DNA of 45,895 nt from an uncultured Acidobacteriaceae bacterium (GCA_964245455.1 CAXTMW010000003.1:711-46605); one strand, 5' to 3'; positions 17,466-27,842 are shown, counted from the stretch's first letter. Notes: generated from the sequence alone by a model not told the origin. A program made the numbers and translations.

Positions 17466-20300
17466 TTACTTATCGTGCTGGCTTAGCTGCGTAAGCACGG
17501 TTTTCAGCTGATCGAGCTTCTGCCCCGCCTCGCCAAGCCTGCCTGCGGCGGTCAGGTGCTGGTATTCGTCGAAGTCCTTACTCGCCTGGCCAATCAGCGC
17601 TTTCAGATCCTGCGAAGGCTGCGAGCTTTTCCCGTCAGCCAAAGCCGGTGGCGGAGCAGTACCCGCCTGCGGCGCATCGCCAGTCACAGGCGCATTCAAC
17701 GAGGATGCTTCGCCGCCGAATAGCGAGGTCAGCGCCGCCTGGAAGCTTGTGCCGTAGGCCAGCTTGTCCTGGAGCGCAAGCACCACCAGGCGCAGCTCGG
17801 GCATGGGGCTTTGCTGCGCCTGGAGGTAGATAGGCTCGGCATACAGCAGAGCCCGCCCGGATGGAATGACCAGCAGGCTCCCGCGCAGCACATGCGAGCC
17901 CTGCTGGTTCCAGAGTGTCAGCTGGCCGGAAAGCTGCGCATTTTGATCGATGCGCGCTTCAATCTGCTGCGGACCGTCAATCAGCCGTGTTTTCGGAAAG
18001 TCATACACCACCGCCGTGCCATAGTTCTCGCCGTCTGAGCGCCCGGCGATCCAGCCGATCAGGTTGTTGCGATTGGCCGGGGTAAACGGCAGGATTTCAT
18101 CGAACTCCTCACTCGTGCCTCCGGGCAGCTTCATCAACACATAATTCGGCTGCATGGCCTGCACACTCTGCGGCCCGTCTGTATCACTTCTTGTCTCGGT
18201 CGCAACGGTCCACAGATCCTCGCGATTGAAAAAGACCTGCGGATTAGTCATGTGGTAGAGCCCGTACACCTCGGACTGCACCTTGAACAATGCCTCTGGG
18301 TAACGAACATGCCGGCGCAGGTCCGCGGGCATGGTGGAAGCGTCGCTGAAGAGCGATGGAAAGATGTGCCGCCATGCCGCGAGGACAGGATCTTCCGTGT
18401 CGAAGACGTAAAAGTGAGTGGTGCCGTCATACGCGTCCACAACAACCTTGACGCTGTTTCGCATGTAATTGATGGTGTTGTCGCCAACCGTGTAGTGGGT
18501 CGCGTACGGGTAGGTGTCGGCAATAGTGAAGGCGTCCAGCATCCAGGAGAGCCGTCCATCGTCGCCGACGATCAGGTACGGGTCCTGATCGAACGTCAGA
18601 AACGGAGCCAGCTTCGCGACACGATCGCGGATGTTGCGGTGCATCAGCAAACGGCTTTGCGGGTTCACGTCATCGCTGAAGGGCAGTGTTCCCAGGTCGC
18701 CGCGGTCGAGCGCCAGAACGACGCGCCGCGCAAAGCCGCCGACAACAATGCCGCCGGTCCCCTGGTACGACGTAAGGCTATTACTCTGGCCGTGCGGGTA
18801 GTCGAACTCCTGCTGCCTTGTTCTGACATACACGTCGCTGTTGGTCATCTCGCCGAAGTAGATTTCAGGCCGCGCGACCTTCAGGCCTTGAACGGTGCTC
18901 TGCACCGGCATGTTACTCAGCAGCAGGTTCGGCAGCCCCTCCGGCGTAAACCCGTTGACCGGGTTCATCGTCACTCCGTAGCCATGCGTGTAGATCAGCT
19001 TTTCGTTGATCCAGTTACGACTGCTGACCGGCAGATTGTCGACATTCAACTCCCGCGCGGCAAGCATCACCTCGCGCGTCGTCCCATTCAGGCTGTAGCG
19101 ATCGATGTCGATGTCCGGAAAATCGTAGTAGGTGCGAATCTCCTGCACCTGGCGAAGCGTGTCCTGCAGTGCCCGCCAGTCCCAAAGGCGTATGTTTTCA
19201 AGCGTGGGCTGATTATTGGCCGGGTCAGCCGCGCTCACCGTGGTATCTGCCGGGAACTCATGCTGCGTGAAGCGGTCCAGCCCGAAGGCTCGCCGGGTCA
19301 GGTCGATGTTATGCGCAATGTAGGGCTCTTCCCGCACCAGCTCATTCGGCTTGACCACAAAGCTGCTCACATACCAGCCGACCACAGTCAGGATCGCGAA
19401 GCACAGAGCGGCAGGCGCCACGGCGGCGAACAGCCAGCGCCCGCGCGACGCCCGCGCTGCATTGATCGCCAGCAGGACTGCGCCGGCAAGGAGCGCGGCA
19501 CACACGATCAGCAAACCCGGTATGGAGATATGGGCGCCGGTGTACGTCACCCCGTCAAAAATCGTGTGGTGCTCAAGGATCTGCTCAAAGCGATCGAAGT
19601 ACACCGAAACGGCAAGCACCAGAAGCAGGAAAGATCCGGTGATCGAGAGTCCACGCCACGGCGAAGAGCCGTAACTGATCCGCCGCTTTTCAATCGTTCT
19701 GGAGCCGCTGGTAACCAGCAGGAATAAAGCAGCAACGGCGCAGGCGGTAAAGGCCAGCGTGAGCAGCCAGTTGAGGAGGACCTGAGACGCCGGCAGGGTG
19801 AAAAGAAAGAAGCGGAGCGGCTTGTTGAACACGGGATCAAGCGCGCCGGCCGTCCCGCGCGGCGCATACCAGAAGAGCGCAAGCGTCGGCCATTCCGCGA
19901 CCATGGCCGTCCCGGACGTCACCGCGATAAAGAGCGAGACGCCGAGAGAGATGAAACGAAGCGCGGGCGCGACGGCCAGGCTGAGAGACTGCCCCGCGAC
20001 CACAATCGTGTGAGCATTGGGGAGATCGGCTTCGTGCGATCGCCGGAGCACTTGAAAGGTGCCGTACAGCAGGAAAAAGCTCACGGCTGTGAAAGCCGCA
20101 AAAACCGCCGCCTGCAGGCCCACCGTCTTCCAGAAAACATCGCCGTAGCCGAGCGAGTTGAACCAAAGCAAATCGACCGAGTACGACAACGCGATCCGGA
20201 CGGCAACGAAGGCGCCGAAAAGTATTGCGAGAAGCGCAACAAACCTGCGGCGCCGCGCGCGCGTGTGCGGCTGCTCAGGGAAGTCAATGTAATCAGGCAC
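17466..20300 (-). CDS. UPF0182 family membrane protein
   Basis: DLLWFNSLGY, DPVF...FFLFTLP, NIRLWD, DIDRY, YTHGYG, NYMRNSVKVVVDAYDG, HVRYP; AGGAGG RBS before the GTG. Confidence 0.95.
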   Translation of the reverse strand: MPDYIDFPEQPHTRARRRRFVALLAILFGAFVAVRIALSYSVDLLWFNSLGYGDVFWKTVGLQAAVFAAFTAVSFFLLYGTFQVLRRSHEADLPNAHTIVVAGQSLSLAVAPALRFISLGVSLFIAVTSGTAMVAEWPTLALFWYAPRGTAGALDPVFNKPLRFFLFTLPASQVLLNWLLTLAFTACAVAALFLLVTSGSRTIEKRRISYGSSPWRGLSITGSFLLLVLAVSVYFDRFEQILEHHTIFDGVTYTGAHISIPGLLIVCAALLAGAVLLAINAARASRGRWLFAAVAPAALCFAILTVVGWYVSSFVVKPNELVREEPYIAHNIDLTRRAFGLDRFTQHEFPADTTVSAADPANNQPTLENIRLWDWRALQDTLRQVQEIRTYYDFPDIDIDRYSLNGTTREVMLAARELNVDNLPVSSRNWINEKLIYTHGYGVTMNPVNGFTPEGLPNLLLSNMPVQSTVQGLKVARPEIYFGEMTNSDVYVRTRQQEFDYPHGQSNSLTSYQGTGGIVVGGFARRVVLALDRGDLGTLPFSDDVNPQSRLLMHRNIRDRVAKLAPFLTFDQDPYLIVGDDGRLSWMLDAFTIADTYPYATHYTVGDNTINYMRNSVKVVVDAYDGTTHFYVFDTEDPVLAAWRHIFPSLFSDASTMPADLRRHVRYPEALFKVQSEVYGLYHMTNPQVFFNREDLWTVATETRSDTDGPQSVQAMQPNYVLMKLPGGTSEEFDEILPFTPANRNNLIGWIAGRSDGENYGTAVVYDFPKTRLIDGPQQIEARIDQNAQLSGQLTLWNQQGSHVLRGSLLVIPSGRALLYAEPIYLQAQQSPMPELRLVVLALQDKLAYGTSFQAALTSLFGGEASSLNAPVTGDAPQAGTAPPPALADGKSSQPSQDLKALIGQASKDFDEYQHLTAAGRLGEAGQKLDQLKTVLTQLSQHDK

Positions 20301-20311
20301 GGTGCCTCCTA

Positions 20312-20358
20312 ATTCAGCCCAGGATTCAGCCCATAGTTCAGTCCACGGATTGAGCCCA
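20312..20358. repeat. Four short direct repeats (ATTCAGCCCA consensus, 12-13 nt period) upstream of the UPF0182 gene
   Basis: ATTCAGCCCA 20312, ATTCAGCCCA 20324, GTTCAGTCCA 20336, ATTGAGCCCA 20349. Confidence 0.7.
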
Positions 20359-20515
20359 CAGCTGAGTCATGACGAGGAACCAGGATGATTCTACAGACCG
20401 GCGAGTGGGCACAGTGCGCCTCCTCAAAGAACCCAAAAGCGCAGTCGAACGCTCCATACAATCGCGGAAGTCAGAATGCGGCGAGAGAGCAGGCCATTGA
20501 CCCAAGCTGGTGCAG

Positions 20516-20536
20516 AGTGTCACAACCTGTGACACT
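20516..20536. promoter_or_regulatory. Perfect palindrome, candidate operator between divergent genes
   Basis: AGTGTCACA-ACC-TGTGACACT (9-bp arms). Confidence 0.45.
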
Positions 20537-20599
20537 TCAAGGGAAAACAGCGTCTGTGGGGCGCGTTGCAGGACCTCTCACAGTACACTCCGACCTGTG

Positions 20600-21250
20600 A
20601 TGCGAATGCGCAGTGAAGCTGGTAAAAAGGCCGACGGCAGCCCAGTGTCCAGAGCCGCCTTCTTGTTTTTTACGGTGGCCCTGTGCGGCCTCGGACTTGG
20701 GCGCGCGCAGGTAGGCCCGACGGCGACGCAGGCGCTTGCACTGTCTGCGTTTGGGGGAGCCACCGGCGATTACACCGGGCTTGGAGGCGGACGCAACCTG
20801 AGCATCACTGCCGGGGCCGATCTGGACTTCAGGACGCGGCAGCTGTTCGGCTTGCAGCCGGCGGCTGAGGTGCGCGGCACCTATCCGGTAAAGAGCGGTC
20901 AGGTGGACGGGCAAAAGGACATCCTCGGCGGCCTGCGGGAGTCATGGCACTACGGCCGTTTGCGTCCATACGGTGACATCCTGGTGGGTGCGGGACGCCT
21001 GACCTATGTGCACGGCATTGCAAACCCCGCGCACACGCTGCTCTACCTGCAAAGCAACTCGCTCGTTCTGTCTCCGGGGGCCGGCGCGGAGCTCCGCCTT
21101 ACCGACCGCTTTGCGCTCAGGGGTGATGTGCAGCTGCAGCGTTACAGCAGCCCCGTCTCGGTGTCCGGGCATATCTATGCCAAGCCGATCACCTTTGCGA
21201 TCGTCTATCGCTTCGACCGCAACCACTTCGCCGGCCGCTTCATTCCCTGA
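20600..21250 (+). CDS. Outer-membrane beta-barrel protein (start uncertain)
   Basis: Signal-like FLFFTVALCGLGLGRAQ; alternating beta strands (RLRPYGDILVGAG, PGAGAELRLTDRFALRGDVQ, AIVYRF). Confidence 0.75.
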   Translation: MRMRSEAGKKADGSPVSRAAFLFFTVALCGLGLGRAQVGPTATQALALSAFGGATGDYTGLGGGRNLSITAGADLDFRTRQLFGLQPAAEVRGTYPVKSGQVDGQKDILGGLRESWHYGRLRPYGDILVGAGRLTYVHGIANPAHTLLYLQSNSLVLSPGAGAELRLTDRFALRGDVQLQRYSSPVSVSGHIYAKPITFAIVYRFDRNHFAGRFIP

Positions 21251-21316
21251 GAGTCTGCCGCCTGAGCGAACGCGCGGGATAGGCTAGTAGCGCCACCCCG
21301 CTTTCGGGAGAAACCA

Positions 21317-23929
21317 TCAGTCGCCGATGGGTATGTGCAGCGTGCGGTCCAGTTGCACGCCGGTTCTGGCAGCAATCGTCTCCGCGGACGCGCCAAGCAG
21401 CAGCGTATACGAGCCTGCATCTGCCTGCCAGTCCGCTGTTGCCGGGTTGAACCAGGCAAAGCTGCGGGGCGTAAGCTCGACCGTCAGGTGCTTTTGTTCG
21501 CCGGGGCCGAGCGTGACGCGCGCGTAGCCCTTCAGCTCCTTCGCGGGCCGCGGCGCTGACGTTTTATCCTGCGCCACGTAGAGCTGCGCCACGGTGGCCC
21601 CGGCGACCGCGCCGGTATTGCGGACGTCAAAGCTCGCCATTACTTGGCCGGGTGCGCTTGTATGCGCCTGCAGATTCGACATCGCAAACGTGGTGTACGA
21701 CAGGCCATACCCGAACGGGAAGAGCGGCTCTGTGTGCGTATGTTCATACCCGCGATACCCCATGAAGATGCCTTCACGGTAGACGATTTTGTTCGTGCCG
21801 GGGTCGGGGTAGTAGTGCGCGAAACTCGGGTTATCCGTCAGGACCCGCTCCCAGCTGATGGGCAGGCGGCCGGAAGGGTTTGCGTCGCCGAACAGCAGCT
21901 TCGCAAAGGCATCGCCGCCCTCCTCGCCCGAGTACCAGGTCGCGAAGATCGCGCGGACCTTCTCCTTCCACGGCAGCACATCCACGCTGCCGCCCGCGGT
22001 GATGGCGACCACTGTATTTTTATTCACCGCCGCGACCTGTTCGATCAGCTGCTGCTGGCCGACCGGGAGCTCAAAGGTGCGATCGCCACCCTCAGACTCT
22101 GTGGTGTTGTTAAAGCCTACGGCGAGCACCACGGCATCGGCCATCTGCGCGATCTTGACCGCGTCCGGGTCCACAATGGTCGCAAGGCTTGCGATGCCCA
22201 TACCGATGCCGATCGACGAAGCGCGGCGCTGCGAGAACACTTCCAGGACCACCTTGTGCGGAGCTTTGGTCAGCTCCATCGTCGTCTGGTTCAGGATGGC
22301 TTTCGGCAGCGCGACGTTGTCGAAGATCATCCGCTCGTCGACGTACAAGCGAAAGCGGCCGTCGGTATGGACAAACACAGCATGAGCCCCGGCCTGCTCC
22401 GGCGTGTAGTAGCCGGTCCAGCGGTCCGACACAGGCGGCACGCGAAAGTCCGAGCCTTTGTGCGAGTAAAACGCATTGATCTCCTGCTCCTCCGGCCGGC
22501 GATGGGTACTGCCCGGGATAAACACAACAGGTTCAAGCGTAATCGACTGCACCGCGCCTTGGAGGTTGGTCTGTGCGTAGTGCTCGACCGTGAGGCCCGC
22601 ATGGTCGCCTGCGCTGGTGGTTGTGAAACGCGTGAGCAACGCCAGCTGGTCGATCGAGTACATCCCGCGCGAATACAGAGTCTTCTTGGTGTTGCCAAGC
22701 GCGTTGCTGATGCCCGTCAGCAGATTTGTTGTCGCGAAGGAGGCGACCTCGCCGCTGCCGCCGCCGGTAGTCAGCGTTTGCGCGGCGGTCAGCCCGATCA
22801 CGGCGATCGTCTTCACGGCGTCCTTGTGGAGCGGCAGCAGCGCGCCTGTGTTTTGCAGCAGCACCGTGCCTTCCAACGCAGCTTCCTCTGAAACCGCCCG
22901 GCCCTGGAGGTTGTAGCGGGGGATGCTCAGATCCATCGCCGGGTGGTCGAGCCAACCGAAGGTCGCAGCAGTCCGCAGGATGCGGCGCACCTTGTCGTCC
23001 AGCGTGGCTTGCGTGATGGTGCCATTCGCCAGCAGCGGCATCAGCTTTTCGCGGGAAAAGTACTCGCCGAACGGCATCTCCAGGTCCAGACCGGCATTGG
23101 CGGCTGCGGCCGTGTCGTGAACCGACGCCCAGTCCGACATCAACACGCCCGGAAAGTGCCACTGCTGCTTGAGCACTTCGAGGTCGAGACGGCGGTTCTG
23201 CGTCATGTGTTCGCCGTTGGTGATGTTGTAGCTGTCCATGACGGCGCCCACATGCGCCTCTTTCACCGCGGCTTCAAACGCCGGCATGTAGATCTCGCGC
23301 AGCGCGCGCTCGTCGATCACGGAGTCGCTGTCATAGCGCAGATACTCCGAGTTGTTGCCCAGGTAATGTTTGACCGTGGCCGCCACACCCTCCCTCTGGA
23401 CTCCGCGGATGTAGCCGACGGCTGTTTGCGCGGCGAGGAACGGGTCCTCACCGAAGTACTCGAAATTGCGGCCGTTCATGGGCGCGCGATAGATGTTGAC
23501 GCCCGGCCCCAGCAAAAACACAGCGCCCCGCGAGCGCGAATCGCGGCCCAGCTCGCGCCCCACCCGCTCGGCAAGATCGGCGTCCCAGCTTGCGGCCAAG
23601 CCGATCCCGCCGGCGTAGGCGATGGTGGGCGCAGGAATGTGGGCGCCCACCGGGCCATCCGCCATCTGGAAGTAGGGGATGTTCAACCGGGCGATGGCGT
23701 GGGTGCGGAACGGAGCATCGCCGCTGATGAGGTCGATCTTTTCCTCGATCGTCATGCGGGCGAGCAGACCGTTGACCCGCGCGTCCGTCGCCTGATCTGT
23801 AGCCGGGCTGTTCGCCTGGCTATTCGCTTGATCGCCCGCGCCAGGCGTTTGCCCGGACGCGAGCCGCAGGCAGTTCAGCAAAAAGCTGCAAAGCACGACC
23901 GTTCGCGCAGTGCCATGTTTGAAGGGCAT
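21317..23929 (-). CDS. Secreted GH3 beta-glucosidase with PA14-like insert and Fn3-like C-terminal domain
   Basis: MTIEEKI, MADGPVG, GRNFEYFGEDP, KHY, VLMSDW (nucleophile), ESEGGDR, PLFPFGYGLSYTTF, KELKGYARV. Confidence 0.95.
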   Translation of the reverse strand: MPFKHGTARTVVLCSFLLNCLRLASGQTPGAGDQANSQANSPATDQATDARVNGLLARMTIEEKIDLISGDAPFRTHAIARLNIPYFQMADGPVGAHIPAPTIAYAGGIGLAASWDADLAERVGRELGRDSRSRGAVFLLGPGVNIYRAPMNGRNFEYFGEDPFLAAQTAVGYIRGVQREGVAATVKHYLGNNSEYLRYDSDSVIDERALREIYMPAFEAAVKEAHVGAVMDSYNITNGEHMTQNRRLDLEVLKQQWHFPGVLMSDWASVHDTAAAANAGLDLEMPFGEYFSREKLMPLLANGTITQATLDDKVRRILRTAATFGWLDHPAMDLSIPRYNLQGRAVSEEAALEGTVLLQNTGALLPLHKDAVKTIAVIGLTAAQTLTTGGGSGEVASFATTNLLTGISNALGNTKKTLYSRGMYSIDQLALLTRFTTTSAGDHAGLTVEHYAQTNLQGAVQSITLEPVVFIPGSTHRRPEEQEINAFYSHKGSDFRVPPVSDRWTGYYTPEQAGAHAVFVHTDGRFRLYVDERMIFDNVALPKAILNQTTMELTKAPHKVVLEVFSQRRASSIGIGMGIASLATIVDPDAVKIAQMADAVVLAVGFNNTTESEGGDRTFELPVGQQQLIEQVAAVNKNTVVAITAGGSVDVLPWKEKVRAIFATWYSGEEGGDAFAKLLFGDANPSGRLPISWERVLTDNPSFAHYYPDPGTNKIVYREGIFMGYRGYEHTHTEPLFPFGYGLSYTTFAMSNLQAHTSAPGQVMASFDVRNTGAVAGATVAQLYVAQDKTSAPRPAKELKGYARVTLGPGEQKHLTVELTPRSFAWFNPATADWQADAGSYTLLLGASAETIAARTGVQLDRTLHIPIGD

Positions 23930-24236
23930 CGAAGATTCCTCTCGCGGGTGAACATGCGCTCACCCGTACAAGCTCAGGCGAGTCTGTTTCGCGGCCCATT
24001 GTCCCACGACGGTATAGCAGTCTGCAGCGTGTGCGCTCTTCAGGCACACACACTCATTAGACTTTGAAGTAGTGCTTGTGGCCCATATCCGCGATCAGCC
24101 CGGGCTGCTTCTCATTGTCACTCAGATCGTGAAAGACGCGAGCAACACTGTGCGCGAGTCGCTTATGCGCCTTGAACTGAACTGATGGCTGCATTGCGCT
24201 CGGTTCGCACTATGGTGGTAACGGAAAGGATTACCC

Positions 24237-24446
24237 ATGCAACTGCATGACGCCTTCACCATCGGCATACCACTGCTCGCGATTCTTGCAGGCATCCTGC
24301 TGAACAATCAACAAAGCCGCGACCTGCGCGCCGAAATCAATGCAATGCGTAGCGACATCCATGCCGACCTACGCACACTCAATCAGATTGCGTTTGCGTA
24401 TGGAAACCGCATCACCACGCTGGAAAAAGGCAACGCCTCGCTGTGA
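24237..24446 (+). CDS. Small membrane-anchored coiled-coil hypothetical protein (69 aa)
   Basis: GAAAGGA RBS; TM (IGIPLLAILAGILLN) followed by heptad helix LRAEINAMRSDI...RITTLE. Confidence 0.65.
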   Translation: MQLHDAFTIGIPLLAILAGILLNNQQSRDLRAEINAMRSDIHADLRTLNQIAFAYGNRITTLEKGNASL

Positions 24447-24610
24447 CGTTCCTGCTCGCCTCGCCATTCTGTACGCCCCAAAGCCTGCGCGTCGCTCAAA
24501 CGCGCCCCGAGTCGACTACCACGCTCGCCATCATCACCGCCCTGCGCTGCTTTTTTGGAGGAACGACTGCATGTGCAGCCGCATCGGCTTGTACTTCGTC
24601 GGCTGTCTCC

Positions 24611-25576
24611 TCAGGCCTCGCAGTAGCCCGGCTGCGCAAGATCGGCAAGTAAGGCAAGCTCGGTCGGGTGCCATCCAAGCCGCTGTTGGGTCAGCTTGCT
24701 CGATGCGGGATTGTCAACCGGGATAAAGGGAGCCAGGAAGCTGAACTGCTTGGCGGCCTCCTTGGGTGACTTGCTCACGACCGGCACGCCCACACGCTGG
24801 CCGATGGCGCCGGCAATCTCGCGAAACGGAACCCCTTCTTCGGCAACCGCGTGGTAGGTCGCCCCCGCGGCTCCCTTCTCCAGCGCGAGCCGGAAAAGAC
24901 GGGCAGCATCGAGCCGATGGACCGCGGGCCACCGGTTGCGGCCATCGCCCACGTATGCCGAGCCCCGCTGTTTGCGGGCGATGCCGATCAGCCGCGGAGC
25001 AAAGCCTGCTTTATCGCCGACGCCATGCACCAGCGGCGGAAGGCGGATGACCGAGGCGCGGGCACCAGATGCCGCCAGCGCGCGCATCGCTTCTTCTGTT
25101 GCGCCGCGGGGCCCACCGACCGAGCTTGGGTCATAGGCATCGTCTTCGGTGGCAAGTCGACCGGCTTTCATCGCCATGGTTCCAAACGCAGCCACTAGGG
25201 GTCGATCCTGTCCATCCAGCGCCCGGCCAAGCGTTTCGAGAGCCCGCCTGTCTGTGCCTACGGCTGCTGAAAGAAATCGGGAAACGATGCCGCCTGGACT
25301 GCCGCCCAGCAGCACGCGAAAACGCGTGCCAAGTCCCATGTGCGTGATCTCGTGATAGAACGCCGTGTGGATCGCACCATCTGCCGCGGCAGCCCCGCGG
25401 CGCAGACACTCCACGTCTTCCACCGAGCCTCGATGAACCCGCGCGCCGGCCGCCGCCAGCTTTTTGGCCGAAGCGTCCGAGCGTGCCAGTCCGGTAACTT
25501 GATGGCCGGCGTCCACGAGCTCCTGAACGACGGCGGACCCGATAAATCCTGTGGCGCCGGTGACAAATACACGCAT
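24611..25576 (-). CDS. Atypical SDR / NAD-dependent epimerase-dehydratase family oxidoreductase
   Basis: MRVFVTGATGFIGS Rossmann motif; RWPAVHRLDAARLFRLALE; AGGAG RBS. Confidence 0.93.
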   Translation of the reverse strand: MRVFVTGATGFIGSAVVQELVDAGHQVTGLARSDASAKKLAAAGARVHRGSVEDVECLRRGAAAADGAIHTAFYHEITHMGLGTRFRVLLGGSPGGIVSRFLSAAVGTDRRALETLGRALDGQDRPLVAAFGTMAMKAGRLATEDDAYDPSSVGGPRGATEEAMRALAASGARASVIRLPPLVHGVGDKAGFAPRLIGIARKQRGSAYVGDGRNRWPAVHRLDAARLFRLALEKGAAGATYHAVAEEGVPFREIAGAIGQRVGVPVVSKSPKEAAKQFSFLAPFIPVDNPASSKLTQQRLGWHPTELALLADLAQPGYCEA

Positions 25577-25649
25577 GGCACTCTCCTATTCTCTATTTGC
25601 TCGCGCACAACCCACGTCCGCGCGCGAAACACTCCAAACCCAGGTCGGC

Positions 25650-26551
25650 CTACACGCCGGCAGCGTCAGGCGAGCGCAAGGCCCTTTCCACAGCTCGGCG
25701 ATAGGGTAGCGGCGGCCGAGGCAGGAGCGCGCGGATCGGCCCGGGGTCCCCGACCGCATCGATATCCTGACTGTCTAAAATGGTTCAATCCAGGGCGCGA
25801 GCGCTCCGAGAAGCGTGGGCGAAAGATGCACTTTCCTGGGGTGTTTTCGGCCCAGCACCTCCGCCGCCACATCCATCATCTGGTCGTTCGTCAGGATGTC
25901 GTCGCACCCCACGTCGTAGCACTGCCCATACGCGCGTGCATCGCTCAGCACGCCGACCAGGTAGTACAGGAGGTCGTCCAGGGCGATGTTGCGCATCTTC
26001 TGCCGGCCGAGAGCCATGGTTACAGCGACTGACCTTTTCGCGCCGCTCACCATCATGTCGAAGCCTCGTCCGCCTACGCCGACGATCTGCGCAGGCCGGA
26101 TGCAGGTAACATCGAGGCCGCTTCCCAGAAGGAACTGCTCTGCTTCCCAGCGCCCGCGCACCCATGCGCTTCGAGATTTTGGCGTGATGCCGAGAAACGT
26201 CACATAGATCAGGCGGCGCACCCCGTTCGTCCGGCAAGCCGTCACAATATTCTCCAACCCGCTCCGCTCGACCTCCATGAAACTGTGCCCCGTCGTACTG
26301 GCAGGCTGGGGTGAGATTGTGTGGACGGAGATGTACACCGCGTCGACCGACGCCGCGGCTCGCTGCAACGATGGGAGGTCGGAGATGTCGCCCTGCACTC
26401 GCTCGCAGCCGGCGCCGGCCGGCGCCGGCTGCTGCGGGAAGCTCCGCGCCAGACAGCGAACGGCATAGCCCTCCGCCAGCAGTGCTTCGGCAAGATGCCT
26501 GCCAAGAAAGCCCGACGCTCCGATCACAAGAATCTTCTTCATAGGCTGCAT
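25650..26551 (-). pseudogene. NAD(P)H-binding atypical SDR with a frameshift or deletion near the 3' end
   Basis: KILVIGASGFLGR Rossmann motif. The main frame stops at 25775; the family-like tail LDSQDIDAVGDPGPIRALLPRPPLPYRRAVERAL continues in the -1 frame to a TAG at 25650-25652. Confidence 0.75.
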
Positions 26552-26720
26552 GGGGACCTCTCCCGCATCTCTCCTGAGCCGCGTCCCCTCTGGATGCGGT
26601 TCGGTTTTTGATTCCGCCGACAATGTCACTGACAGCCCGCTCCTGGCAAGGTAGGCGTTCCAGCACATACAATCCATGCTGAGAAGTCCGTACTTTCTTT
26701 GCAATCGTCCGGGGTGATGG

Positions 26721-27722
26721 ATGGATCCGCTTTCCGATGTGCTTTCCCTGCTGAAGGTGCGCAGCTACGCGGCCGGCGGCTTTGATGTGGGCGGCGAGTT
26801 GGCCGTGCACTTCGGCCTGCACGACGGCATCAAGTGCTACGCCGTGGTCTACGGCCGGATCTTCCTCGCCGTGGACGGCGTTCCGGAACCGGTGCGGCTC
26901 GAAGCAGGCGATTGCTTTCTGCTGCCGCAGGGAAGGTCTTTCCGGCTTGCAACCGATCTTGCCCTCCCGCCTGTCGATGCCCTCACCGTGCTTACCAGGG
27001 CGAGGAGACAGGGAGGCATCGCCTGTATCGACGGGGACGGCGAAGGCCGATGCTGCATTGTGGGCGGGCATTTCGCCTTCGCCGGCAATCACGCCGGCAT
27101 CCTGCTGGGCGTGCTGCCGCCCATCGTGCACCTTCGGAAAGAGTCAGAAAAAGCGGTGATGCGCTGGTCTCTCGACCGCATGCGGCAGGAGCTACTGGAG
27201 CAGCAGCCGGGCGGCTCTCTGCTTGCCGAGCACCTGGCCCACATGATGCTGGTGCTGGCCCTGCGGCTCCATCTGGCAGAAGGAGTGAACGGCGGCGTGG
27301 GATGGCTGTTTGCCCTGGCAGACAGGCAGATGAGCACTGCCATCACCGCCATGCACGACGCTCCCGGGCACCGCTGGACCTTGCAGGAGCTAGGCGAGCG
27401 CGTCGGAATGTCGCGCTCGATCTTCGCCCTTCGCTTCAAGCAAACAGTGGGGACCTCGCCCATGGAGTACCTGACACGCTGGCGGATGCTGCTGGCCGGC
27501 AACCGGCTGACATACAGCAGTGATCCTTTGTCGACCATTGCTGTGTCGCTCGGTTACGAGTCTGAAAGCGCCTTCAGCACTGCCTTCAAGCGCATCATGG
27601 GCTGCTCGCCACGGCAGTACAGCCGCGGGCAAGCGACCCTTCCCTCGTCACCGAACCTGTCTTTGCCCAGCGATGAAAGCTCCGCGCAGCGGGAGCAGCT
27701 CGAACCGGTCGCAGCCGACTGA
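26721..27722 (+). CDS. AraC family transcriptional regulator (N-terminal cupin)
   Basis: MDPLSDVL cupin N-domain; WTLQELGERVGMSRSIFALRFK...SPMEYLTRWRM...GYESESAFSTAFKR; divergent from the SDR pair. Confidence 0.95.
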   Translation: MDPLSDVLSLLKVRSYAAGGFDVGGELAVHFGLHDGIKCYAVVYGRIFLAVDGVPEPVRLEAGDCFLLPQGRSFRLATDLALPPVDALTVLTRARRQGGIACIDGDGEGRCCIVGGHFAFAGNHAGILLGVLPPIVHLRKESEKAVMRWSLDRMRQELLEQQPGGSLLAEHLAHMMLVLALRLHLAEGVNGGVGWLFALADRQMSTAITAMHDAPGHRWTLQELGERVGMSRSIFALRFKQTVGTSPMEYLTRWRMLLAGNRLTYSSDPLSTIAVSLGYESESAFSTAFKRIMGCSPRQYSRGQATLPSSPNLSLPSDESSAQREQLEPVAAD

Positions 27723-27842
27723 TCCGCAATGCCACGACCCTTGCGGAACCCGGGAGTTCGAAGAGCAGACGCTGTCAGGACATGCTTCTGTAATCCGGGT
27801 AGAACGCTCAAGCAGCTTTTGAAGCTGGGGATCCGAGGTCGC

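Noticed and set aside
18252-19727. 491-aa plus-strand ORF, and similar long ORFs at 7664-8665, 21644-22891, 25785-27131 and 42596-43750
   Set aside because: Antisense or alternate-frame shadows of well-supported genes in high-GC DNA; no recognisable motifs.
20405-20414. 10-bp match (GTGGGCACAG) to the tRNA-Val 3' end as a distal att site
   Set aside because: Too short to exceed chance in GC-rich DNA; no integrase; the intervening genes look native.
24443-24652. 69-aa ORF overlapping the small coiled-coil gene and the SDR 3' end
   Set aside because: No motif, overlaps a convergent gene, possibly a remnant.
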